DNA from: Macrostomum lignano
Taxonomy: Eukaryota
Assembly (NCBI GenBank): GCA_002269645.1
Contig: NIVC01000862.1
Location: 62,001 to 126,000, forward strand
Direction of reading: 5' to 3'
Length of the DNA stretch: 64,000 bases
Part shown: one piece after another, positions 12,801 through 26,130 of the stretch
How the letters are laid out: the number at the start of each line of letters is the position of its first letter
Position numbering within the stretch: the stretch's first letter is position 1
Notes under the pieces: generated by a model
The model's input: only the letters and a program-made list of their open reading frames with translations
Databases searched by the model: none
What the model was told of the DNA's origin: nothing
Made by a program: the position numbers and the translations under genes

Positions 12801-12922
12801 TCGATGACAGGTGGTCAGGAGTTTTCAGGGTGGGCAGGTCGGTGCACGGGAGGTCCGCCTTTACCGCCACTGTCGGTGCCGTGACGTCACTGGTGCTTCT
12901 GTCGGCACGGCTAATAAACTGA
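6854..12922 (+). CDS. Copy B of MUC4/SUSD2/Mesh-like gene: EGF-cbEGF-NIDO-AMOP-VWD-cadherin/Ig-like-EGF-hydrophobic C-terminus (probable GPI signal)
   Basis: Inferred exons 6854-6964, 7041-7160, 7240-7352, 7521-7949, ~8551-9292, 9392-9607, 10484-11220 (GDPHLSTLSNRTYTFNGHCEY = VWD start), 11593-12058 (NRPPQF...FSVTDPDG), 12587-12691 (CKCDLGFTGPQC), 12774-12922 (...SAFTATVGAVTSLVLLSARLIN*). Phases match; no in-frame stop seen. Confidence 0.85.
9762..10465. repeat. 27-bp intronic minisatellite (CTAAGCATCAAACCAAAACCTGAGCAA)n
   Basis: Direct tandem units with occasional 28-bp variants, lying between the AMOP and VWD exons. Confidence 0.95.
12067..12560. repeat. (GACT)n microsatellite, intronic
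   Basis: About 490 bp of near-perfect GACT just after the GTGAGT donor at 12059. Confidence 0.98.
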
Positions 12923-13136
12923 GCGACGCTTTGATCTAGAATGAAAAATTGAAAAACTTACGAAAAGAAAATACTGTGTGAAGTTGCTTTAATCACACTC
13001 AGTGTGTTCCATATTTATCCAGATTACTCTGCACATGTTTATTACATTAATTTAATTTTTATTCAGCTCCTACCAGTGTTATCAAAAACGAAAAAAATCC
13101 TTTTTAGTGAAGATTCAGGGACGGTTGAAGTACAAA

Positions 13137-13483
13137 CATAGATCGTATATTCTCCAGATGGGCCTAGAATTCCTATGCAGTTTGCCAGCAATTTTCGGAA
13201 TGTTAAAACGTTTCTTCAAGTTTGCTGCTTGTTTGTTTTCTTTCTTTTTGTTACTGTTTTTTGCTTGCTTTTCAATCGCAGTAGTTTATCCTTCATTTGT
13301 TTGTTTCAACGGTTTTTTAACCCAGGCGACTGCGTCATGGCACAAAAAGGCATGCACTTATCGCTCAAGCTACTGAACTTAAACTATAGGTAGACGTGGT
13401 TGCTAAAGCTTTCACGAAATACATTAGGGTCTCTAGGGGCGCCTAAGTACACGGAGGCCCATCTAGAGAATGTATGATCTATG
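13137..13483. mobile_element. MITE-like remnant with 29-bp imperfect inverted repeats
   Basis: CATAGATCGTATATTCTCCAGATGGGCCT (13137-13165) versus AGGCCCATCTAGAGAATGTATGATCTATG (13455-13483), 3 mismatches. No TSD identified. Confidence 0.45.
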
Positions 13484-13859
13484 AGTATAAAAGTGTTTTT
13501 TAGCAGTCTGGTAGCCATGTACGCTGTAAATAAAACAATCTAATTAACTTTCTCTCCTGTTTTACTTTTTTAATTCCATTAATATAGTACTAAACATTTT
13601 TCCATTTTTTTCTTCATAAATCTGTTTTTTTAGTCGTGGACAAGTAGTGAATTTTTCAGCTGAAGAAATATACAGTGAGACGCCTTAGAGAGGCCTTTAT
13701 AAAGTGCATCATTTACCTTGCTCTAACAACCACTAATTAGCAGAAATTGACACCTGGATCAGTATTCCAATCCAATATTGATTTTTTAAAACGCTGGTCT
13801 CATTTTGGATACCATAGCTATTGCCCCCGACAATATAGTTCCATAAGCGGCGTTCACCT

Positions 13860-14165
13860 TATCTACAGTTTCTATAGCAACGGTGTCAATTAGCTACGGT
13901 TTCTATAGCAACGGTATCTTCAGCAACGGTTTCTAAAGCAACGGTGTCCTTAGCTTAGCTACGGTTTCTATAGCAACGGTGTCAATTAGCTAAGGTTTCT
14001 ATAGCAACGGTGTCAATTAGCTACGGTTTCTATAGCAACGGTGTCAATTAGCTAAGGTTTCTATAGCAACGGTGTCAATTAGCTAAGGTTTCTATAGCAA
14101 CGGTGTCAATTAGCTACGGTTTCTATAGCAACGGTGTCCTTAGCTGCGGTTTCTATAGCGACGGC
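13860..14165. repeat. 30-31-bp minisatellite (CTACGGTTTCTATAGCAACGGTGTCAATTAG)n
   Basis: About 9 degenerate tandem units; shorter paralog at ~49115-49265. Confidence 0.9.
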
Positions 14166-14305
14166 CTTCTAAAAGGGCTATTCTACAGCAAGGGCTACTC
14201 AGTTAAAAATTCTATAACAGCAATGGCCCGCTTAGTTATTAACTACATGGCAACAATTGCCCTATACTCGTCTTACTGTATCATAGAGTACTACAGCTTA
14301 CAAAG

Positions 14306-16136
14306 TGTCAGAGTAGAGTGGTGTAGCGAGCCTGGCCCCGGCGGAGTATCCCAAAGGGAGGGCTGAGCCTCAGGTCAGCGAGCGGTTTTCTGGGGCCTCG
14401 TGCGTGGGATGCACAGGGCGTTGCGCAGGCGGTGGTGATGGCAGGCCTCCAAGCTCGCCTCACGAGTGGCAGTCATGGTAGCAGCCTCCAGTCGGTAGGT
14501 CAGCACTGTCTCAACTGCCGAGCAAAATAGGGCGGTCCTTCAGGCTTTCGGTGGCGAGCCAGCAGTTGAAGATGGAGCGGAGAAGGTGGGAGTCCCGCCA
14601 CGCCAGCTGCTTGCGGTTGTTGACAATGGCATCCGGGTCAGTGACCAGGACACCCAGGTACTTGAACTGGTTGCACGTGGCGATTGTGTTGCCGTCCTGT
14701 AGAAGCAGCGGAGGCCGTAGGTGGCGATGCCAACATGCAGCACCTGTCTTGCCGTAGTTGATGCGGAGTCTCACGCACTTCCCCTCGTCGGCTCACCGCC
14801 CTCTGCACAGCTTCGGGTCTGCAGCAGGTCAGCGCCAGGTCGTCAGTGTAGGCGAGTCAGGTCAGCTTGACACAGGGAAAGATGGAGCTACGGCCAGGCA
14901 CCACTTCATAGCCGTGCAGCAAAGTCAAAAGCTTTGCAGACATCTAAAAATACAATTGAGACTGAATTTTTGGTGAGGCTCGCAGGTGTCAATCATTCAC
15001 CGAATAGCAACGACTTGTTTTGCTGTTGACCGTCCAGGTCGGTCGGAAGCCGCTCAGGATGTTGAGAAGCCTCTGGTGGATGGTGGGCTGAATGCGTTTA
15101 CTAAGAATGATGTTGAGGATTTTGGCCAGAGTGCACTCCACAGCGATGCCACGCAAGTTTTCGAAGCCGCTAGAGTTGCTCTTCAATTGGGAATGGCCAC
15201 GATCCTGGAAGTTCTCCATCGCTCTGGGGCACTAGCAGTTGAGTCCCCGCCCAGGCAGCATGAGCGGTTGAGGATTCCGGTGATGACAAGCACCAGCTCG
15301 GGCATCTTCAGGACACGCGGTGGGATGTCATCGAGTTCCGCTACTGGATCAGCCCGCATGGCTATTATAGGGGCTTGGAAAATTTATCCACGGAGATTGA
15401 AGCGCAATTGAAATCGGATGGGCAGGCAGGTGTGGAGTCAGCGAGCGGGCAGAGAGAAGCGCTGGGAGCTGGGGCATTGAGCACAAGATGGAAGTGGCCC
15501 GCAATCAGCTGTAGGCGGTGCTCGATAGAGTCAGCGTTGATGATAGCAGTGATATTGATGATCGATGTCCAGTGTGGCGGTTGATGGTGCTCCGTCTCCG
15601 TCACAGCTTCTTGGGTGGCTCGTTCTATTTTTAGAACTGACGTCACTTGAGGTCTCCGGCCAGAGTACACGCGGCTGTGACTCAGTTGCTATTTTTAGTA
15701 ACATGAGTCACTCCTCTCCTTAGAGAAGGGAGGGGTCCGAAAGCACGTGATTCTCCCGGTAAACAGGGCCAACGAGTGCAGTAAACATGTTTACTGCACT
15801 TTAGGACTCGAAGAACGCAGAGTCTGTCATGTGACTTGCTCACATGACAGAGGAAAACGGGATGGGAACGAAACAGAGACAGCCCACAGCAGAGAAGCTG
15901 AGGGCTGAGAACAGAGACGCAGAAGGGCAGAACAGGCCAAGGGCAGCAACAGACGGGCCAAGGGGGGGGGCGGGAAGCTGACCAGCGGCAGACAGCAACC
16001 CAGGGCGAGGGCGAGGGCAAGGGCGACTGCTGACAAAGTGCGACGCCTAACACCAACTAGCGGATCACTACAACAGCAGATTTTTTCTAAACTGCTCAAG
16101 ATGTCTGCATAGTCCATAGTGGTCATAAATGTGTCA
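14306..16136 (-). mobile_element. Degenerate, internally deleted RTE-like non-LTR retrotransposon
   Basis: Minus-strand RT fragments: DDIPPRVLKMPEL, LRGIAVECTLAKILN, FLDVCKAFD, LAYTDDL, INYGKT, FKYLG. Candidate TSD TTACAAAG at 14298-14305 and 16137-16144. Confidence 0.8.
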
Positions 16137-17199
16137 TTACAAAGCCACTGCTACAGAGTGGCCTGGAGCAGTATACCGAGTCTCTTTGTATAAAGATCTT
16201 TAGTCTAACAACGATTCTGGGGTATTCGGTTCGGCAGGGCTGCTATAAAGACAACGGCTTCAATGATGCTATACTCCTTAAACGTACAAGGAATCTAGTT
16301 TCATTTTGCTGCTCATTATATAGGTGTATTCAAGTTATTCGAACGCTTTAGAAAATATTTTGTTAAAACTCTTTTTGGGCTATAGTACTCAGCTGAGCCT
16401 TGAGAAATTTGTCTGTCTTTCCGCTGCTTAACTATTTGTCATTGTCTGACTTTCAGGCCTCTACATCTGTTTTGCTCCACTGCCTGTCCTGTCAGGTGCG
16501 CTAGCTGCACATTTTTAAACAAAATTCGTAACACGAACTGTTGGATAGGTGATCCGCCAAAGCAGTCACTTCACACTACAGACTTCCAATTTAATAATCC
16601 CATCCCATATACTAAAAATGAAATGTTTGTAGCTATGCGATTGATTTCAGAAAAATTGGCTCAACCGATTTTCTTCAAACTTGCACCATTCGATCAGAAA
16701 TTTTCCTGGGACAGTACATGCATCTTAGCTAAGAAATTGCTCAATGTTAAAGGGATTAAATATTCGAAAAACATGCTTTTTTGAAAAGGTCAAGCAAACT
16801 TTTCGACTTGAAATGCATTGTAAGAATGCTAGAGAAAAAACTGACTGGCTCAATTCCGATTGTGATAAAGATTGCATCACAACAAGTTGAAAACAGTGCC
16901 GAAAAAATGCACACAAGACTTGATTAAAATTGCGTAACCATATTGCTAACTTGAATTGAGACTGATACTGGCTGACTGAGAAATTGATTATGTCATAACT
17001 TTTTACTCCAATTGACTTGCTGTAAGAATTGAATTATAAGGGCCACAATTCATGTTCTCCAATTGAAAAGAGATAGCCCTGATGCAAACAGACTGGAATG
17101 CTAATGTAGTGACCTGGGTTCGAATCTTAGTAGTGCAAAGATATTTTTTTATTAAAACACCTTAAAAACACAACAAAACTGCTAAACATCAAAGAAGCG

Positions 17200-19430
17200 C
17201 AATTTCAAACATAGAAGAGCCAACATATCGAACATAAGAGTTACCATGTCAAACATAGAAGAGCCACCATGTCAAACATTAAAGAGCCACCATGTCAAAC
17301 ATAAAAGAGCCACCATGTCAAACATTAAAGAGCCACCATGTCGAACATTAAAGAGCCACCATGTCAAACCTAAAAGAGCCACCATGTCGAAAATAAAAGA
17401 GCCACTATTTCGAACATTAAAGAGCCACCATTTCGAACATTAAAGAGCCACCATGTCGACCATAAAAGAGCCACTATTTCGAACATTAAAGAGCCACCAT
17501 GTCAAACATAAAAGAGCCAACATGTCAAACATAAAAGAGCCAACATGTCAAACATAAAGAGCTACCATGTCGAAAATGAAAGAGCCACTATTTCGAACAT
17601 TAAAGAGCCACCATGTCGACCATAAAAGAGCCACTATTTCGAACATTAAAGATCCACCACGTCAAACATTAAAGAGCCACCATTTCGAACAATAAAGAGC
17701 CACCATGTCAAACATGAAAGAGCTATAACATGAAGAATATTAAAGAGCCACCATGTCGAACATTAAAGAGCCACCATGTCGAACATTTAAGAGCCACCAT
17801 GTTAAACCTAAAAGAGCCACCATGTTAAACCTAAAAGAGCCACCATGTTAAACCTAAAAGAGCCACCATGTCGAACACTTAAGAGCCACAATGTAAAATA
17901 TTAAAGAGCCACTATTTCAAACATATAAGTGACTTTATGTCAAACATTAAAGAGCCACCATGTCAAACATTAAAGAGCCACCATGTAAAACAAAAGAGCC
18001 ACCATTTCGAACATTAAAGAGCCACCATGTCAAACATTTAAGAGCCACCATGTTAAACATAAAAGAGCCACCATGTACAATATTAAAGAGCCACTATGTT
18101 GAACATTAAACAGCCATCATGTCAAACCTAAAAGAGCCACCATGTCAAACCTAAAAGAGCCACCATGTCAAACCTAAAAGAGCCACCATGTCGAACATAA
18201 AAGAGCTATACCATGAAAAACATTAAAGAGCCACTTTCTCGAACATTAAGGAGCCACCATGTCAAACATTTAAAAGCCACCTTGTCAAACATTAAATAGC
18301 CACTTTGTCGAACATTAAAGAGCCACTGTGTCAAACATAAAAGAGCCACTGTTTCAAACATAAAAGAGCCACCAGGTTAAACATTAAAGAGCCACCATGT
18401 CAAACAATAAAGAGGCACCATGTCAAACATAAAAGAGCCACCATGTCAAACAATAAAGAGCCACCATGTAAAACAAAAGAGCCACCATTTCGAACATTAA
18501 AGAGCCACCATGTCAAACATTTAAGAGCCACCATGTTAAACATAAAAGAGCCACCATGTAGAATATTAAAGAGCCACTATGTTGAACATTAAACAGCCAT
18601 CATGTCAAACCTAAAAGATCCACAATTTCGAACACTTAAGAGCCACAATGTAGAATATTAAAGAGCTACCATGTCAAACATTTAAGAGCCACCATGTCAA
18701 ACATTTAAGAGCCACCATGTAAAACATTAAAGAGCCACCATTTGAAACATTAAAGAGTCACCATGTCAAACATTTAAGAGCCACCATGTCAAACATAAAA
18801 GAGCCACCATGTAGAATATTAAAGAGCCACTATGTTGAACATTAAACAGCCATCATGTCAAACCTAAAAGATCCACAATTTCGAACACTTAAGAGCCACA
18901 ATGTAGAATATTAAAGAGCTACCATGTCAAACATTTAAGAGCCACCATGTCAAACATTTAAGAGCCACCATGTAAAACATTAAAGAGCCACCATTTGAAA
19001 CATTAAAGAGTCACCATGTCAAACATTTAAGAGCCACCATGTCAAACCTAAAAGAGCCACCATGTCGAACATAAAAGAGCTATACCATGAAAAACATTAA
19101 AGAGCCACTTTCTCGAACATTAAGGAGCCACCATGTCAAACATTTAAAAGCCACCTTGTCAAACATTAAATAGCCACTTTGTCGAACATTAAAGAGCCAC
19201 TGTGTCAAACATAAAAGAGCCACTGTTTCAAACATAAAAGAGCCACCAGGTTAAACATTAAAGAGCCACCATGTCAAACAATAAAGAGGCACCATGTCAA
19301 ACATAAAAGAGCCACCATGTAAAACATAAAAGAGCCACCATGTCTGACATTAAAAAGCCATTGTTTCAAACATAAAACAGTTGCCATGTAGAACTTAAAA
19401 CAGCCACCATGTCAAACATAAAATTTACAC
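17200..19430. repeat. 23-bp minisatellite (GAGCCACCATGTCAAACATTAAA)n inside Helitron 1
   Basis: 23-nt period measured directly (e.g. 17284/17307/17330). Confidence 0.95.
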
Positions 19431-19515
19431 AATTTCAAACATAAAAGTAAGCGAATTTTAAAGGAGCCACTATAATGCTAAGGAAATTATCGCACTAGCT
19501 ACTTATTGTCTGGTG

Positions 19516-19885
19516 GATGCTTGCTATTTGGGGATGCTATCTATGTAGGGGATGCTTGCTATCTGGCGGATGCTTGCTATCTGGGGGATGCTTGCTATCT
19601 GGGGGATGCTTGCTATCTGGGGGCTGCTTGTAATCTGGAAGATGCTTGCTATCTGGGGGATGCTTGCTATCTGGGGGATGCTTGCTATCTGGGGGATGCT
19701 TGCTATCTGGGGGATGCTTGCTATCTGGGGGTTGCTTGTAATCTGGAAGATGCTTGCTATCTGGCGGATGCTTGCTATCTGGGGGATGCTTGCTATCTGG
19801 GGGATGCTTGCTATCTGGGGGATGCTTGCTATCTGGGGGTTGCTTGTAATCTGGAAGATGCTTGCTATCTGGGGGATGCTTGCTG
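19516..19885. repeat. 18-bp minisatellite (GATGCTTGCTATCTGGGG)n inside Helitron 1
   Basis: About 20 tandem units. Confidence 0.95.
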
Positions 19886-19999
19886 TCTTGGGATGATTTC
19901 TTTTTGCATTGCACTTCCTTTGAGTATTTTGTCTGTTTTCTTTGTGAAGGCCTTTTTTGGCTATCTTTTTGTTACTTGTAGAGAACATAGAAGAGCCAA

Positions 20000-21612
20000 C
20001 ATATCGAACATAAAAGAGTTACCATATCAAACATAGAAGAGCCACCATGTCGAACATTAAAGAGCCACCATGTCAAACATAAAAAAGCCACCATGTCAAA
20101 CATAAAAGAGCCACCATGTCAAACATAAAAGAGCCACCATGTCAAACATTAAAGAGCCACCAGGTCAAACATAAAAGAGCCACCATGTCAAACATAAAAG
20201 AGCCACCATTTCGAACATTAAAGAGCCACCATTTCGAACATTAAGGAGCCACCATTTTGAACATTAAAGAGCCACCATGTCAAACAATTAGAAGCCACCA
20301 TGTCAAACATTAAAGAGCCACCATGTCGAACATAAAAGAGCCACCATGTCAAACATTAAAGAGCCACCATTTCGAACATTAAAGAGCCACCATTTCGAAC
20401 ATTAAAGAGCCACCATTTTGAACATTAAAGAGCCACCATGTCAAACAATTAGAAGCCACCATGTCAAACATTAAAGAGCCACCATGTCGAACATAAAAGA
20501 GCCACCATTTCGAACATTAAAGAGCCACCATGTCGAATATTAAAGAGCCACCATGTCAAACATTTAAGAGCCACCATGTCAAACATTAAAGAGCCACTTT
20601 GTCGAACATTAAAGTGCCACCATGTCAAACATAAAAGAGCCAACATGTCAGACATTAAAAAGCGACCGTATCAAATATAAAAGAGTGACCATGTAGAACA
20701 AAAAGAGCCACCATGTCAAACATAAAAGAGCCACCATTTCGAACATTAAAGAGCCACCATGTCGAACATTAAAGAGCCACCATGTCAAACATTTAAGAGC
20801 CACCATGTCAAACATTAAAGAGCCACTTTGTCGAACATTAAAGAGCCACCATGTCAAACATAAAAGAGCCAACATGTCAGACATTAAAAAGCGACCGTAT
20901 CAAATATAAAAGAGCCACCATGTCGAACATAAAAGAGCCACCATGTCAAACATAAAGAGCCACCATGTCAAACATTTAGGAGCCACCATGTCAAACATAT
21001 ATGTGACTTTATGTCAAACATTAAAGAGTTACCATTTCAAACCTTAAAAAGCCACTATGTCGAACATTAAAGAGCCACCATGTCAAACATTAAAGAGCCA
21101 CCATGTCGAACATAAAAGAGCTACCATGTCGAACATTAAAGAGCCACCATGTCAAACATTTAAGAGCCACCATGTCAAACATTCAAAAAAGCCACTTTGT
21201 CGAACATTAAAGAGCCACCATGTCAAACATAAAAGAGCCAACATGTCAGACATTAAAAAGCTACCGTATCAAATATAAAAGAGTGACCATGTAGAACAAA
21301 AAGAGCCACCATGTCAAACATAAAAGAGCCACCATTTCGAACATTAAAGAGCCACCATGTCGAACATTAAAGAGGCACCATGTAAAACATTAAAGAGCCA
21401 CATTGTTAAACATAAAAGAGCCATTATGTCGTACATTAAAGAGCCACCATGTAAAACATTAAAGAGCCGCCATGTCAAAACATAAAAGTGCCATCATGTC
21501 AAACATTAAAGACCCACCATGTCTAACAGAAAAGAGCCACCATGTCTAACATTACAGAGCCACCATGTCTAACATTAAAGAGCCACCATGTCTAACAGTA
21601 AAAAGCCACCAT
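20000..21612. repeat. Second 23-bp array inside Helitron 1
   Basis: Same unit as 17200-19430. Confidence 0.95.
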
Positions 21613-21614
21613 GT

Positions 21615-22155
21615 CGCCTGCTATCTGGGGGTACTTGCTATCTGGGAGAGCCTGCTATCTGGGGGTGCTTGCTATCTGGTGGTGCTTGCTATCTGGGGGT
21701 GCTTGCTATCTGGAGGTGCTTGCTATCTGGGGGTGCCTGCTATCTGGGGGTGCCTGCTATCTGGGGGTGCTAGCTATCTGGTGGTGCTTGCTATCTGGGG
21801 TTGCTTGCTATCTGGGGTGCTTGCTATCTGGGGGTGCCTGCTATCTGGGGTGCTTGCTATCTGGGGGTGCCTGCTATCTGGGGGAGCCTGCTATCTGGGG
21901 TCGCTTGCTCTTTGGGGGTGCTTGCTATCTGGGGTGCTTGCTATCTGGGGGTGCTTGCTATCTGGGGTGCTTGCTATCTGGGGGTGCTTGCTATCTGGGG
22001 TGCTTGCTATCTGGGGGATGCTTGCTATCTGGGGGGTGCCTGCTATCTGGGGGGTGCTTGCTATCTGGGGGGATGCTTGCTATCTGGGGGGTGCCTGCTA
22101 TATGGGGGGATGCTTGCTATCTGGAGGTGCTTGCTATCTGGGGGGATGCTTGCTG
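21615..22155. repeat. Second 17-19-bp array (GTGCTTGCTATCTGGGG)n inside Helitron 1
   Basis: Variant of the 18-bp unit with variable G-run length. Confidence 0.93.
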
Positions 22156-22919
22156 TCTTAGGATGTTTTCTTTTCGCATTGCACTTTATCTGAGCAGTTT
22201 TTCTATTGACTATGTGAAGGCTTTGTTTGGCCATCTTATTGATACTTGTAGAGAACAGAGATTCTATCTAGATGTCCCCCATCGGGGGGCGAAGATTGCT
22301 AGTCCAATATACTAAAAATGAAAATCTTGCTTGCTTGTAATCGATTAGAGAAAAAATGGCTGGACCGATTTTGTTCGAACTTGCACTGTTCGATCAGAAA
22401 TTTTTCCGTGACTGTACATGCATCGTGGCTAAGAAATTGCTCGATGCTAAAGGCATTAAATATTCGAAAAACATGCTTTTTTGCAAAGGTCAAGCAGCTC
22501 TTTCGACTTGAAATGCATTGTAAGAATGCTAGAGAAAAAACTGGCTGGTTGAATTCTGATTCTGAAATAGATTGCATCATCACTGAATTGTAACTCCGAC
22601 TTGAATTGAAAATGCAGTGTGGAAGCGTAGCACCAGACTTGATTTAAATTGCGTAACCATATTGTTAACTGATACTGACTGACTGAGAAACTGATTATGT
22701 CATAACTGCTTCGTGTGATTTACTCTATGCTTGGATTTTAAAGTGTTGAATTATATAGGTGCAAAATTGATGTTATCAAAACGATGAGAGCTAGCCTAGA
22801 GGTGAACAAACTGAACTGCTAAATGCAGAGACGATGGTTTGAATTTTCATAGAGTATAATTTTTTAATTAAAGCTTTTCAACGTCAGGAAAACTAAAAGA
22901 CTTTTTAAAAAGAATCGTC

Positions 22920-25900
22920 TTGTAAAAATCATAGAAGCGTCATTTAAAAAATCAAAAAAGCGTCATGTAAACAATCATAGAAGCGTCATGTAAACAATCA
23001 TAGAAGCGTCATTTAAAAAATCAAAAAAGCGCCATGTAAACAATCATACAAGCGTTATATAAAAATCATAGAAGCGTCATTTTTAAAAAATCATAGAAGC
23101 GTCATGTAAACAATCATAGAAGCGTCGTGTAAACAATCATAGAAGCGTCATTTAAAAAATCATAGAAGCGCCATGTAAAAAATCGTAGAAGCGTTATATA
23201 AAAATCATAGAAGCGTCATTTTTAAAAAATCATAGAAGCGTCATGTAAACAATCATAGAAGCGTCATGTAAACAATCATAGAAGCGTCATGTAAACAATC
23301 ATAGAAGCGTCATTTTTAAAAAATCATAGAAGCGTCATGTAAACAATCATAGAAGCGTCATGTAAACAATCATAGAAGCGTCATGTAAACAATCATAGAA
23401 GCGTCATGTAAACAATCATAGAAGCGTCATGTAAACAATCCTAGAAGCGTCATGTAAACAATCATAGAAGCGTCGTGTAAAAAATCATAGAAGCGTCATG
23501 TAAACAATCATAGAAGCGTCATGTAAACAATCATAGAAGCGTCATGTAAACAATCATAGAAGCGTCATGTAAAAAGCATAGAAGCGTCATGTAAAAAATC
23601 ATAGAAGCGTCATTTAAAAATTCATAGAATCGTCCTGCAAAAATTGTAGAAGCGTCATTTAAAAATCATAGAAGCGTCATGTAAACAATCATAGAAGCGT
23701 CATGTAAAAAATCGTAGAAGCGTCATGTAAAAATCATAGAAGCGTCATGTAAACAATCATGGAAGCGTCATGTAAACAATCATAGAAGCGTCATGTAAAC
23801 AATCATAGAAGCGTCATGAAGCAATCATAGAAGCGTCATGTAAAAATCATAAAAGCGTCATGTAAACAATCATAGAAGCGTCATGTAAAAAATCAAAGAA
23901 GCGTCTTGTAAAAATCATAAAAGCGTCATGTAAAAAATCATAGAAGCGACATGTAAAAAATCGTCGAAGCGTCATATAAAAATCATAGAAGCGTCATGTA
24001 AACAATCATAAAAGCGTCATGTAAACAATCATAGAAGCGTCATGTAAACAATCATAGAAGCGTCATGTAAACAATCATAGAAGCGTCGTGTAAAAATCAT
24101 AAAAGCGTCATGTAAACAATCATAGAAGCGTCATGTAAACAATCATAGAAGCGTCGTGTAAAAAATCATAGAAGCGTCATGTAAACAATCATAGAAGCGT
24201 CATGTAAAAAATCATAGAAGCGTCATGTAAACAATCATAGAAGCGTCATGTAAACAATCATAGAAGCGTCATGTAAAAAATCGTAGAAGCGTCATGAAAA
24301 CATCATAGAAGCGTCATGCAAAAATCATAGAAGCGTCATGTAAACAATCATAGAAGCGTCATGTAAAAAATCAAAGAAGCGTCTTGTAAAAATCATAAAA
24401 GCGTCATGTAAACAATCATAGAAGCGACATGTAAAAAATCGTCGAAGCGTCATATAAAATCATAGAAGCGTCATGTAAACAATCATAAAAGCGTCATGTA
24501 AACAATCATAGAAGCGTCATGTAAAAAAATCGTAGAAGCGTCTTGTAAAAATCATAAAAGCGTCATGTAAACAATCATAGAAGCGTAATGTAAAAAATCG
24601 TAGAAGCGTCATGTAAAAATCATAGAAGCGTCATGTAAAAAATCATAGAAGCGTCATTTAAAAATTCATAGAATCGTCCTGCAAAAATTGTAGAAGCGTC
24701 ATTTAAAAATCATAGAAGCGTCATGTAAACAATCATAGAAGCGTCATGTAAAAAATCGTAGAAGCGTCATGTAAAAATCGTAGAAGCGTCATGTAAACAA
24801 TCATGGAAGCGTCATGTAAACAATCATAGAAGCGTCATGTAAACAATCATAGAAGCGTCATGAAGCAATCATAGAAGCGTCATGTAAAAATCATAAAAGC
24901 GTCATGTAAACAATCATAGAAGCGTCATGTAAAAAATCAAAGAAGCGTCTTGTAAAAATCATAAAAGCGTCATGTAAACAATCATAGAAGCGTAATGTAA
25001 AAAATCGTAGAAGCGTCATGTAAAAATCATAGAAGCGTCATGTAAAAATCATAGAAAGCGTCATGTAAAAATCATAGAAGCGTCATGTAAACAATCATAA
25101 AAGCGTCATGTAAACAATCATAGAAGCGTCATGTAAACAATCATAGAAGCGTCGTGTAAAAAATCATAAAAGCGTCATGTAAACAATCATAGAAGCGTCA
25201 TGTAAACAATCATAGAAGCGTCGTGTAAAAAATCATAGAAGCGTCATGTAAACAATCATAGAAGCGTCGTGTAAAAAATCATAGAAGCGTCATGTAAACA
25301 ATCATAGAAGCGTCATGTAAAAAATCGTAGAAGCGTCATGAAAACATCATAGAAGCGTCATGCAAAAATCATAGAAGCGTCATGTAAACAATCATAGAAG
25401 CGTCATGTAAAAAATCAAAGAAGCGTCTTGTAAAAATCATAAAAGCTTCATGTAAACAATCATAGAAGCGACATGTAAAAAATCGTCGAAGCGTCATATA
25501 AAAATCATAGAAGCGTCATGTAAACAATCATAAAAGCGTCATGTAAACAATCATAGAAGCGTCATGTAAAAAAATCGTAGAAGCGTCATGTAAAAATCAT
25601 AAAAGCGTCATGTAAACAATCATAGAAGCGTCATGTAAACAATCATAAGAGCGTCATGTAAACAATCATAGAAGCGTCATTTAAAAAATGGTAGAAGCGT
25701 CATGTAAACAATCATAGAAGCGTCATGTAAAAAATCATAGAAGCGTCATGTAAACAATCATAGAAGCGTCATGAAAAAATCATAGAAGCGTCATATAAAA
25801 ATCATAGAAGCGTCATGTAAACAATCATAGAAGCGTCATGTAAAAATCATAGAAGCCTCATGTAAAAATCATAGAGGCGTCATGAAACAATCATAGAAGC

Positions 25901-26130
25901 GTCATGTAAACAATCATAGAAGCGTCATGTAAACAATCATAGAAGCGTCATTTAAAAAATTATAGAGGCCTCATGTAAAAATCATAGAGGCGTCATGAAA
26001 CAATCATAGAAGCGTCATGTAAACAATCATAGAAGCGTCATAAGAAATCATAGAAGCGTCATGTAAAAAATCATAGAAGCGTCATGTAAACAATCATAGA
26101 AGCGTCATGAAAAAATCATAGAAGCCTCAT
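22920..26130. repeat. 22-23-bp minisatellite (GAAGCGTCATGTAAACAATCATA)n inside Helitron 2
   Basis: About 3.2 kb of tandem units. Confidence 0.95.

Larger units (their letters stand above)
16603..22302 (+). mobile_element. Non-autonomous Helitron 1 (minisatellite-filled)
   Basis: Starts TC (TCCCATATACTAAAAATG) after host A. Ends with hairpin TCCCCC-ATC-GGGGGG then GCGAAGATTGCTAG. Absent from the paralogous site at ~51680. Confidence 0.85.

Noticed and set aside
19506-22315. Cys/Gly-rich ORFs (DACYLG)n, (PPDSKH)n and related
   Set aside because: Frames of the 18-bp Helitron minisatellite; unit length varies 17-19 bp in the second array.
17200-26130. Regular 23-bp repeats as a CRISPR-like array
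   Set aside because: Units are contiguous with no unique spacers, no cas genes are present, and the context is eukaryotic.
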